Source: Squalus acanthias | Taxonomy: Eukaryota | Length of the DNA stretch: 64,000 nt | Reading direction: 5' to 3' | Assembly: GCA_030390025.1 (NCBI GenBank) | Contig: CM059432.1 | Location: 72,108,001 to 72,172,000, forward strand | In this document: positions 12,576 through 24,285 of the stretch, piece after piece | Numbering within the stretch: the stretch's first letter is position 1 | Layout: each line of letters starts with the position of its first letter | The notes under the pieces: model-generated | Seen by the model: the letters and a program-made list of their open reading frames with translations, nothing else | What the model was told of the DNA's origin: nothing | Database searches by the model: none | Made by a program: the position numbers and the translations under genes

Positions 12576-15500
12576 GGAGGAAAAATTTGTGTGCGCCATG
12601 AGAATTGCCGGTGTCATCGGCAACTCGAGTTAACGGCCGCTGAAAATGGCCGCAGCGCTACCGTTGAAAAATAAATGCTGGGCTTGGCAATATGGAGTGC
12701 AGCGCTAACTTACCATACAACGCCCTCCTGGTGGCGTTGATGGAGGCCTAGAACCCAAAGTTCCCGTCCACAGTCGGCGTTGCATCTTCTTACAGCCTGT
12801 GGGAGCGAGGCTGTGGAGTTCGCAAGGCATTGTGACCAATTAAAGGGGCTCTGAATTAAAGGGGCAATGCATTCAAAACTAATAAAAATTAAAAGCAAGT
12901 GAAAAAATGCATTTTTCAGCCCTTACAGCCTTTCAAAAAAAACGTAAATATTAAAAATAGTTCCCAATTGTCAGTCTTCAGCTCTTAAAGCTGGATTGTC
13001 TTCCACACCTAAAAAAAAAAATGGCTCAGCAAGCCAGGGAAGGGGCACCCAGGGTCTCGCCCACAGTACTCCAGCTTCGTGCAGGGGCTCAACTCTTTGA
13101 GAGAGGTCCTCTACCCACAGGGGGCAGGAGGCCCTCCAGAAAGGATGTGGGACCAGATAACTGTGGCCGTCACTGCCAGCAGTGTCGCCCCCACCACCTG
13201 GCTCCAGTGCCCAAAGAAGATTCATGACCTCAGGCCAATGGTCAAGGTCAGTCATCTTCAAGAGCCATCTCCTACCAACTGCATCACCAGCCTCACACAC
13301 TGCTCAATGCACGACTCCGCCCCCCTGCCCCGTCAACCACTCACACACTGCTCAATGCACGACTCCGCCCCCCCACCCCATCAACCACTCACACACTGCT
13401 CAATGCAAGACTCCACCCCCGGCCCCATCAACCACTCACACACTGCTCAATGCACGACTCCGCCCCCGGCCCCATCAACCACTCACACACTGCTCAATGC
13501 ACGACTCCGCCCCCACCCCATCAACCACTCACACACTGCTCAATGCACGACTCCGCCCCCCCACCCCATCAACCACTCACACACAGCTCAATGCACGACT
13601 CCGCCCCCCACCTCATCAACCACTCACACACTGCTCAATGCACGACTCCGCCCCCCACCCCATCAACCACTCACACAGCTCAATGCACGACTCCGCCCCC
13701 CACCCCATCAACCACTCACACACTGCTCAATGCAAGACTCCACCCCCGGCCCCATCAACCACTCACACACTGCTCAATGCACGACTCCGCCCCCCCACCC
13801 CATCAACCACTCACACACTGCTCAATGCACGACTCCGCCCCCCACCCCATCAACCACTCACACACTGCTCAATGCAAGACTCCACCCCCGGCCCCATCAA
13901 CCACTCACACACAGCTCAATGCACGACTCCGCCCCCCACCTCATCAACCACTCACACACTGCTCAATGCACGACTCTGCCCCCCACCCCATCAACCACTC
14001 ACACACTGCTCAATGCACAACTCCACCCCCGGACCCATCAACCACTCACACACTGCTCAATGCACAACTCCACCCCCGGACCCATCAACCACTCACACAC
14101 TGCTTAATGCATGACTCCGCCACCCCCACCCCGTCAACCACTCACACTGCTCAATTCATGACTCCGCCCCCGCACTGTCAACCACTCACAGACTGCTCAA
14201 TGCATGACTCCGCCCCCGCCCCGTCAACCACTCACACACTGCTCAATGCATGACTCCGCCCCCCCGCCCCGTCAACCACTCACACACTGCTTAATGCATG
14301 ACTCCGCCCCCACCCCGTCAACCACTCACACACTGCTCAATGCACGACATGGCCCCCGCCCTGTCAACCACTCACACACTGCTTAATGCATGACTCCGCC
14401 CCCACCCCGTCAACCACTCACACTGCTCAATGCATGACTCCGCCCCCGCCCCGTCAACCACTCACACACTGCTCAATGCACGACTCCGCCCCCCCGCCCC
14501 GTCAACCACTCACACACTGCTCAATGCATGACTCCGCCCCGCACTGTCAACCACTCACAGACTGCTCAATGCATGACTCCGTCCCCCGCCCCGTCAACCA
14601 CTCACACACTGCTTAATGCATGACTCCGCCCCCACCCCGTCAACCACTCACACTGCTCAATGCATGACTCCGCCCCCCCGCCCCGTCAACCACTCACACA
14701 CTGCTCAATTCATGACTCCGCCCCCGCCCCGTCAACCACTCACACTGCTCAATGCATGACTCCGCCCCCCGCCCCGTCAACCACTCACGCACTGCTCAAT
14801 GCACGACTCCGCCCCGCCCTGTCAACCACTCACACACTGCTTAATGCATGACTCCGCCCCCACCCCGTCAACCACTCACACTGCTCAATGCATGACTCCA
14901 CCCCCCCGCCCCGTCAACCACTCACACACTGCTCAATTCATGACTCCGCCCCCGCCGTCAACCACTCACACTGCTCAATGCACGACACCACCCCCACCCC
15001 GTCAACCACTCACACACTGCTCAATTCATGACTCCGCCCCCGCCCTGTCAACCACTCACACACTGCTTAATGCATGACTCCGCCCCCGCCCTGTCAACCA
15101 CTCACACACTGCTTAATGCATGACGCCGCCCCCGCCCCGTCAACCACTCACACACTGCTCAATGCATGACTCTGCCCCCGACCCGTCAACCACTCACACA
15201 CTGCTCAATGCAAGACACCACCCCCACCCCCCCACAATCACTCACCTACCAACAATCTGTACCAATCTCGAGGCACATCTCCCATTCCTAGCCTCACCTC
15301 ACCCCCTTGGAGGAGACGGTGCAGGTCATTCTTGGCAGGGGCATGGCTGAGCACTTCGCCAGCGGCAGGGCAGAAAGGATACAAGATACAGGTATCCTCA
15401 TATGTTATCCTCCTTCTGGCAAGCAGCTCTTGCTTTTCCGCCCTCCCCTCACCACAACTCCACCCTTGTGCCTTCCTCCTTTCACACACCCAAGGAATCC

Positions 15501-16749
15501 AGGCTGCCCAGCCAGTGGTTGCCCAAAAAGAGGGAGAGGAGAGTAAAGAAAAAGATGAAGGAGAAGAAGAAGGAGAAGAAGATTGATTTGACAATCCCAG
15601 CCACCAGCTCCTCAAGGTCGACCAGCAAGGCCATTTGCAGTGTACCCCACTGGAAGTCAGCAACCTACCACTAGCCATGCTGCAGCCACTGGGATAGCAC
15701 TGCATGACACCAGTAGGATAGGCAAAGGCACACACAGAAGACAGTCACTAACAGAATGCATGAGGATGATGAGTTGATTTCTTGATGTCATATTGGATGA
15801 ATAGAGGTATAAAGTTGGATTGGAAAGTTTGCTTTGAGGTGGCTTTTATTTCAGCATCGTGGCCAAGAGGACACTGTGATGGTCAGTAACAGAGTGAAGG
15901 TCAGGTGTGGGAGAAATGTTGAAAGGGGAATTGGGGTTGTGTTCACTGGTACCACAGGCAGATGATTCCATCCAGGATATCCCGGCCAGAAAGGGGCTGT
16001 CTGGGTTGCATCCTTCCTTCTGCTTCCTCCTCTTCTGCTTCCTCCTCTTCTGTTTCCTCCTCTTTTGCATCTTCCTCTCCTGTGTCTTCCTCTTCTGTGA
16101 CTTCCTCTTCCCTCAGCGTGTGAATGCTGTAAATCTGAAATGACTGCATAAAATGTTGGAAATACTCAGCTGGTCAGGCAGCATCTTGACCTGAGAAGTG
16201 AACTCTGTTTCTCCCTCCATGGATGTTGCCTGACCTGCTGAGTAATTGCAGCATTTTCTGTCTTCTTAAAGGCCTTCCTTTACCATCCAAGGCCTTGCAA
16301 GCATCCAGCAGCACTCCCTACACACTTAAAAAACTTTTAACATGTATTGCAGCAACCCACAACTTCAATAAAATTAAAAATACCCAGTCCAAAAGCTTAA
16401 ATGCAAACTTATGTGAAAGATGTGTGTGTCCCTTTAAGAGGTGCTGACAGTGCCTCTGTGAGTCTGCTTGCTCACTAGATTTACCTGGCGTGCTTAGGAC
16501 CCAGCACTGAACTTAGCGCTAAGGTCAAAGTTCAGGGTGGTGACGTTAAGTCGGCATTGCACGACAACTGGCATCACCACTCTACCATTTTTCTTTCAGG
16601 CCGCTACTTTGGAATGGCAGCGTTACCGGGAGGTTGAAAATGATGGACGCCGCAGGACCCACCGCCAGCTGGCGGAAGAGTGGCCGCTGCCACTTTCTTC
16701 ACTTAACGCCGCGCTAACGACTGGTGCCAAGGTAGGGAATTTTTGCCCC
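12576..16749 (+). mobile_element. Internally deleted Harbinger derivative ('Myb-only' family, copy 1) inserted in the MROH1-like pseudogene
   Basis: Ends ggaggaaaaattt / aatttttgcccc; TSD ACG/ATG. Myb-like exon at 13021-13250 (WDQITVAVTASSVAPTTWLQCPKKIHDL). Acidic transposase C-tail on the minus strand at 15943-16110. Confidence 0.85.
13292..15225. repeat. Minisatellite, ~44-bp unit, roughly 44 copies
   Basis: Unit approximately cactcacacactgctcaatgca(c/t)gactccgccccc(ca/cg)ccc(a/g)tcaac; produces the spurious H/P/T-rich ORFs. Confidence 0.97.
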
Positions 16750-18265
16750 ATGTTTTTATTAGGCTGAGCTTTAATGTGAGATCTCTGGATTGAATCTTTT
16801 TCCCCTGCCCACTTGTAATGAATTGATTAACCACAACTGGCAGAATGTGGGTCTCAATTATGGACAGCATTAGTTCCTCAGGTGTGTAGAATGCCATGTT
16901 CCCATAACACAGAACCAGTGTGCTCTTGGCTTTATCCAAATCCACATCAGGCTTGACCCGAAGAATATTCAAGAAACTTTTAGTTTTCTTAAATCTGTTG
17001 GAGTTAGCAAACTCCTCCAGGCTACTGAGGGTATCATCAAAGTGTGTAATAGCACAGAAACCAATGGCGAGAGCTGCTCCCTCTCTCTCCGCACTCTCAC
17101 TGTGCTGCACACTCAGTAGCATTTGGTGAAGCTCCTCCTTTATATTCTTAGTGCAGGTCTGATGGAAAACTGTCGCAAGAGATTTATAGAGAAAGCCCTT
17201 CTCTTGTGGGGAAAGATGGTTGGTGTCGATCTGTTTCCATATTTCATCAGCGAGCTGACATGTCCATTCCTCGCCATCAATGGTATTCAGAGTTCTGGAC
17301 AAGACCAGCAATAATTTCTCCTCCCATTCCCATTAGGCCAGAGACTCCTCTGAATTCTGCAGTAATTCGTCAACCAATGATGGCAGCTCCTCTTCCCACC
17401 CATCACTGTTGCTGGGTGGATACTGAGGTTTAGGACATTAGCCTCAGTGCCGCAGCTCCTTGGCTTCCTCCTTGATATGGGCAACAAGACACAACGAGGA
17501 GCTGGGTCAGCAGTGCCTGGGCTTTAGGGAGATTGGCATCTTCATTGTAAGTGAGGAAAAACTTTCACTGCCGGCTTGCAGTTTCTTTTTCCCAAGATGT
17601 ACTCAACAATTACAGATTGTTGTTAAAGCCTTGGTGTACTGGGTCAGTGACAAACTCCAGTAAGAATGGCCAAAGACATCCTCCATCTTCACTGCAGTTG
17701 TGATCATACACATCACTGTTTCAAATACTGTGACTATGTCTTCATCTGTTACCTGGTCTGGCTGATGATTGGGTGGTACCAGGGTCCCTGAATCAACGGA
17801 TGCAGCACACTGTTGGATGATGAATTCCACCATCGCCTTTCCTCCCTCTGGCTCAAGGTAACCTTGTTGGGCCATGACACATATTACTTGGGCAATTAGC
17901 TTCTTCTCCTGTTTACAGCTGTTGTCCAGGAGCACTGGTTTTATGGCGGCCACAATCTGAGCCTTCTTCGTCAAAGTGCGAAGAGACCGATATAATGAGG
18001 TGTTCCTACTCTCATTTGTTGGTCAGCATTCTCTAACTGGGATAGAAGGAATTTGACCAATGAGTCTGCGTAAACTGGGGCCAGAACTCTGAAACAGCAA
18101 AGGATCTGATTGTGTTTCTTCACAGAAAGATGGTTATTAGACCCCACCAAAACACACATCTGCTGGTGGAAACTTTTAAGCAGATTGTCCATCTGTGACA
18201 ACATCCAGTACCCGGCATAGACACTCTGATGGAAAAATGCCCTGGTTGTTTCTTGTAGAGAAAGA

Positions 18266-18724
18266 AAAACTTCATTTATATAATGCCTTTCACGACCACC
18301 AAATGTCCCAAAGCGCTTTACAGCCAATTAAGTACTTTTGAAGTGTAGTCACTGTTGCAATGTAGGAAATGCAGCTGCCAATTTGCGCACAGCAAGCTCC
18401 CACAAATAGCAATGTGATAATGACCAGATAATCTGTTTTTGTTATGTTGATTGAGGGGTAAATATTGGCCAGGACACCAGGAATAACTCCCCTGCTCTTC
18501 TTCGAAATAGTGCCATGGGATCTTTATACGTCCACCTGAGAGGGCAGACGGGGCCTCAATTTAACGTCTCATCTGAAAGACAGCACCTCCAACAGTGCAG
18601 CACTCCCTCAGCACTGCATTGGAGTGTCAGCCTAGATTTTTGTGCTCAAGTCTTTGGAGTGGGACTTGAGCCCACAACCTTCTGACTCAGAGGCGAGGGT
18701 GCTACCCACTGATCCACGGCTGAC
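18266..18724 (-). mobile_element. tRNA-derived Deu-domain SINE (SacSINE1-like)
   Basis: tRNA-like head gtcagccgtggatcagtgggtagc...ggctcaagtccc, Deu-type core and L2-like tail. Removing it restores GILS-FYKK in the MROH frame. Confidence 0.85.
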
Positions 18725-20639
18725 AGAAAGACAGGATGCCTGGAACTAACCTGGGCAGCTCTTCCTCCAGTGTGTCCTTGGGCAGCAGGGAGATGATATA
18801 GCCTAGAGCTTCCACTATTGGGATCTTCAATTCAGAGGACTCCTTCTCAAGCCTCACCTTGAACAACAGACTATAGACAGTGTTGATCCCAGTGGAGAAA
18901 GACTCTTTAGTCACTGTAGGGTCTGAAGCTTTCTCCACATTTCCCAGATAGATCAGGATGCTCTTGCTAAAACTTCCCATTGCTGAGGCAAATGCAGACC
19001 TCAGTTCAACCTGTTTAACACCAATGAGAACTGGAATCATGGTCCTTAAGATAGATTTTAGTAAAGGCACCAATGCCATATACATTTTCCATTGACATTT
19101 TTGTTAAGGTCTTCACATGCAGAAGGTGCCGTTGTTTGAAATTCTTTGTTGTCAACTGGACAACTTCATTTCTGAACCTGAAGCTCATGGCAACCAGAAG
19201 ATTGCTGGCAGCTTCCTGGCTGTCAGCTTGTGCTCTTGTTAGCAACGTCATCCACAGTGCAGCCAAAGAGATAACTTTCTCAGCTAGTACTGGGCTAATT
19301 TGATCAAGGGTGTCCTTGATAATCATCGCCATGCTCTCCAATACTTCAACCTCCTGTGGAACTATTCGTATGGTGTGGTGGCACAGATAGTCACGGCAGC
19401 TCATTCACACTATTTCTGGGTGCTGATGCCCCAGTGTGTGGAGGGTCTTTGATATTTTCTTCTGACAACTTTCATCTTCCTCAGCAATCATCTTCACGAG
19501 GGCAACTGAGAATGATTCCACGTTGAAGTACATTTTAGTAGTCTTTCCAGAGCCCACTAGTAATTTAGAATTGCTCACTTCAGTATGTCATTGTTACTGC
19601 CCTCTCACTAAGCTGTCTGATACACTCTCAGCAGCTCCGTCCTGTTTACTCTAAATTCTACTACTCTTCAATCTGAAGAAATGTTTTCACCCAATAATTT
19701 CTGTGAGTAATGATCAATTAAAGACTGTCTTTGTTCACTCACTCACAGTCTGAAATCAGATCTCTGCTTGGATAATTCTTTCCTCTCTGACTTCTTTCTC
19801 TCCAGTAATTAATGTTCCTTCTATTTAGATAGATTTGATGAATGCACTTGTTTTTAAGCTCTCCCTTTGTTGCTCTCTCATGCACAAATGCACAGTTTGT
19901 ACCACTTTGCTGTATTTTGTCCTCCCCTGCGGTTTCTGTGTTTCCATGGTTTTCATTGTGAGGCCAGGTTGCATAACCCCTCAGTTGTGATGTTGACCTG
20001 AGTCATGTGCCCATATAATTCCTGCCAGCTGTTTGTGGCAGTTTCAGGTGGGTGGTGGGGGTTACGGCCCAGACCTGAGATACAGACCATACTGACAAGG
20101 CAACATTCGCAACCCTTGGCAGCCATATTGGATCGAGCAGCTGTTTGTTCCTAATAAAGAACCCACCACACCACACACTCTCAAAGCACACATGACAAAT
20201 GATGTAGAAATGAGAGTGTAGGACAGACATTTCTAGCAAAATTACCCGCAAACTGGGATGTTCATGTGACTCAAATCAATTTTAAATACACCAGAAATAA
20301 AAGATCTGAGCTCACAAGATCATTCCGGGGTTAGAATGGGAAAGCATAATTTCCAGCCCAGGTAATAAGGCTCCTTCACTCCAGTAGGGTAGTTTCAAAT
20401 TATAGGGAACGGGTCAGATACTATTTGCATTTGACTAGAAAGGATGATTTTATAATTCCTGAGTAAACACGGTTGTGGGTTTGTACGTTCATCACCATCT
20501 AAACAAATGATTCCACTTCTTTCATTTGTGCGTTGACAGGAAGTAAACTCCAAAGGGATTGAAGCTGCTTCATGATGTCACGAGAAAGTTGTTGTGACAT
20601 CAGAGCAGTCCATTGTGACATCAGAGCACTTGTTCTACT

Positions 20640-21005
20640 CTTTTCTCCTTTAAAATCCTTGTTCCCTACTGCCTACCACCCCAGGTTTCTCACCCACATA
20701 TCCTCACTACTTTCCTTCTTCAGCCTCTGTACTCACTGACTCCATATCCTCGATCATTTCAATCTCCATCTCAACTCCCCCTGACCTCTCTCCTCTGATT
20801 TTACTGCCCTCCTGTCGTATCTTAAACTCCCCTACCCATATTCATGGCCAACCCCTCAACTTTGCCATCTCCCCTGGCCTCACTACTTCCATGGTCTCAA
20901 TCACTGACAAGGCCACCGCTGGTCAATTCCTTTTATCACCTGCAACCCTGTTCCTCTTTCCAAACCCACATCCTACTGCATCCACCCCTGCAAAACAACT
21001 CTCTC
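20640..21005 (+). mobile_element. Decayed L2 LINE fragment (continues at ~25330-25780)
   Basis: C/T-rich L2-type ORF2 sequence. The 25700-25780 part resembles the L2 at 58920-59010. Confidence 0.55.
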
Positions 21006-23799
21006 TCATAGCAACAGGAGGAGACCATTCAACCCCTTGGGTTTGCTCTGCCATTCACTTAGATCATGGGTGATCTGCACCTCAACTCAATTTACCTGCC
21101 TTTGCTTCATATTCCTTGATACCCTTACCTATTAAGATTCTATCTATCTCAGTCTTGAAAGCTCCAATTGTCCTAGAATCCACAGCCCTTTGGGGGAGAG
21201 AGTTATGGATTTCCACTACCCTTTGTGTGAAAAAGTGTTTCCTGATTTTACCCCTGAATGTCCATGCTCTAATTTTAAGATTATGGGAGAAAAATTTGTG
21301 TACGCCAAGAGAATTGCCGGTGTCACCGGCAACTCGGGTTAATGGCCGCTGAAAATGGCTGCAGCACTACCGGGAAAATATTTGTGCTGGGGGCTGGCGA
21401 TGTGTAGCACAGTGCTAACTTATCCTGCAACGCCCTCCTGGTGGCATTAATGAAGGCCTCCGACTCAAAGTTCCCATCCACAGTCGGCTTTGCAGCTTCT
21501 TACAGCCTCTGGGAGCGAGGCTGTGGAGTTCGCAAGGCATTGTGGGCAATTAAAGGGGCTATGAATTAATCGGCAATGCATTCAAAACTAATCAAAATTA
21601 CAATGCAGTGAAAAAATGCAGCTTTCAGCCCTTACTGCCTTTCAATAAAAAAATTACCATTAAAAAGAAATCCCAATTGGGATTCTCCAGCACTTAAAGT
21701 TGAATTCCCTTCCGAACCTCAAAAAATGGGAAAAGTGCTTCAGCACTAACACGAATAGCTCAGCAAGCCAAGGAAGGGACACCCAGGGTCTCGCACGCAG
21801 TCCTCCAGCTTTGTGCAAGGGGTCAACACTGTAAGCTAGGTCCTCTACCCACAGGGGCCAGGAGGCCCTCCAGAAAGAACGATGTGGGACCACATCACCG
21901 AGTCTGTCATGGCCAGCAGTGTTGCCCCCACCACCTGGCTCCAGTGCCCAAAGAAGCTTCATGACCTCAGACCACTAGTCAAGGTCAGTGAATACATCTT
22001 TAAAAGCCGTCTCCTACCAACTGCATCACTAGCCTCACACACTGCTCAGTGCATGATTCCTCCCCCCCCCAATCACTCATGTACCAACAATCTGTACCAA
22101 TCACAAGGCACACGTCCCATTCATAGCCTCACCTCACCTCACCCCCTTGGAGGAGATGGTGCAGGCCATTCTTGGCAGGGGCATGGCTGAGCCCTTGGCC
22201 AGCAGCGAGGCTGCAAGTATATACGATGTTGGTATCCTCACACGTTCTCCTCCTCCTGGCATGCACCTCTTGATTTCCCGGCTTCCCCTCACCATAACTC
22301 CACCCTTGTGCCTTCATCATTTCACACACCCAAGAAATGCAGCCTGCCCAGCCAGTGGTTGACCAAGAAGAGGGAGAGGAGAGAGAAGAAGAAGATTGAT
22401 TTGACACTCGCAGCCAACAGCTCCTCATGGTCAACCAGTAAGGCCCACTGTGTCCCCCACTGAAAGTTAGCAGCCTTCCACCAGCCATGCTGCAGCCACT
22501 GGGGTAGCACTGCGTGACATCAGTAGGATAGGCAAAGGCTCACTAAGGGAATGCACAAGGGTGATGAGTTGATTTCTTGATGCCATATTGCATGGATAGA
22601 TGTATAAAGTTGGATTGGAAAGTTTGCTTTGTGGTGGCTTTTATTTCAGAATTGTGGCCAAGAGGACAGCTGTGATGGTCAGTAACAGAGTGAAGGTAAG
22701 GTGTGGGACTAATGCTAAAAGAGGAATTAGGGTTGTGGTCACTGGGACCGCAGGCAGATGATTCCATCCCGGATTTCCCAGCCAGAAAGGGACTATCTGG
22801 GATGCATCCTTCCTTCTGCTTCCTCCTCTTCAGCTTCCTCCTCTTTTTTTTCTTCCTCTTCTGTGTCTTCCTCTTCCCTCTTTAAGCGGATGCTGGAAAT
22901 CTGAAATGAAAGCATAAAATGCTGAAAATACTCAGCTGGTCAGGCAGCATCTCGACTTGAGATGTGAACTCTGTTTCTCTCTCCATAAATGTTGCCTGTT
23001 GACTATTTGCAGCTTTTCTGTCTTCTCAGAGGCCTTCCTTTACCATCCAAGGCTTTGCAAGCATCCAGCAGCACTCCCTACACACTTAAAAAAACTTTTA
23101 ACATCTATTGCAGCAACCCACTACTTCAATGAAATAAAAAAAAACAGTCCAAACATTTAAATTCAAACTTACCTGAAAGATGTATAAATAAGGTTGGTGA
23201 GCTGCAGGCGCAAATAGATACATGGAAATATGATGTTGTGGCGATAATGGAGACCTGGCTCAAAAAAAGGACAGTATTGGGTTTTAAATATTCCTGGATA
23301 TAAGGTGTTCAGGAAAGATAGGGAAGGAAGGAAAGAAAGGAGGTGGAATGGCAGTATTGGTTGAGGAGAATGTTACAGTGCTGGAGAGAGAGGATGTTCT
23401 GGAGGGGTCAAGGACAGAATCTATTTGGTTGGAGTTAAGAAATAATAGAGGTGCCATTACACTACTAGGTGTATTCTATATGCCACCAACTAGTGGGAAA
23501 AATATAGAGGAGCAAATTTGCAAGGAAATTACAGAGAGGTGCAAGAACTATAGAGTAGTAATAATGGGGGACTTCAATTATCCTAATATAGACTGGGATA
23601 ATAATAGTGTAAAGGGCAGAGATGGGGAAGAATTTCTGAAGTGTGTTCAGGATAACTTTGTTGATCAGTACGTTTCCGGCCCAATGAGGAAGGGTGCATG
23701 AACAGAGAGACCTGGGGGTATATGTGCACAAATTGTTGAAGGTGGCAGGGCAGGTTGAGAAAGCGGTTGAAAAAGCATTCGGGATACTGGGCTTCATAA

Positions 23800-24285
23800 G
23801 TTCCGCACTCATGAAGACGGTCTCAATCGGGATCTTGGGTTTATGTCACGATACATGACGTGATCCGGACTCGAGTCGTCGTTAGCTTGTTCACAGATGT
23901 GATTCCCAGTAAAAAAGTAAAAATTTTCCCAGTAAAAAAGTAAAAATTTTAAAGCTTTTCGTTTTACATACAGACGGCAGCTTTTGACACGTTAGAACCC
24001 CTGCGACTACACCTCATTGTCTCAGTTGTATCTTGCTATGTCTTTGATGTGGTACCTTCCTGGCTGGCTTAATTAACTTTATCACACCTCGGCAGATAGT
24101 CAGGATGATTTAATTTAGTGGTCTGCAATTGTAAGGTACACATGCTTTGTTTTCTATCTATATATGCTTTGGCGATTCTGTATCTAATTTACTTCACCTG
24201 AGGAAGGAGCAATCGATAGCTCCGAAAGCTTGTGATTTCAAATAAAACTGTTGGACTATAACCTGGTGTTGTGCGACCTCTCAAT
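23800..24285 (+). mobile_element. Penelope-like element 3' end / pseudo-LTR copy
   Basis: Nearly identical to 42440-42928; flanked by a duplicated TTCATAA (23793-23799, 24286-24292). Confidence 0.93.
24194..24235 (+). ncRNA. Minimal type I hammerhead ribozyme motif (copy 2)
   Basis: tcac-CTGAGGA-a-GGAGC-aatcgata-GCTCC-GAAA-gctt-gtga. Confidence 0.75.

Larger units (their letters stand above)
10025..19533 (-). pseudogene. MROH1-like: Intronless, full-length MROH1-like (maestro HEAT-like repeat) pseudogene in three segments: 19533-18725, 18265-16750, 12575-~10025
   Basis: Colinear with MROH1 as I recall it: MYFNVESFSVALVKMIAEED..., QEAASNLLVAM, YLGNVEKASDPTVTKESF, VEALGYIISLLPKDTLEEELPRLVPGIL, EREGAALAIGFCAITHFDDTL, KSTLVLCYG, DLTLKLSLI, LIGRLMPRCAD, LCVRGLGN, LVRLLLHL. 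No introns, many stops and frameshifts. Minus-strand AATAAA at 9990-9995. The 3' end is approximate. Confidence 0.88.

Noticed and set aside
13079..15077. Long His/Pro/Thr-rich ORFs (up to 342 aa), and a superficially CRISPR-like periodicity
   Set aside because: They are translations of the 44-bp minisatellite. There are no unique spacers and the context is eukaryotic.
15943..16149. Glu-rich/Lys-Arg-rich short ORFs (also 27361-27774)
   Set aside because: A 15-bp repeat in the residual acidic tail of the Harbinger transposase, not separate genes.
9641..20640. Idea that the MROH1-like gene is cargo of a large transposon
   Set aside because: I found no TIRs, LTRs or TSD enclosing it. The neighbouring Harbinger closes at 9640, and the internal one is inserted into the gene.
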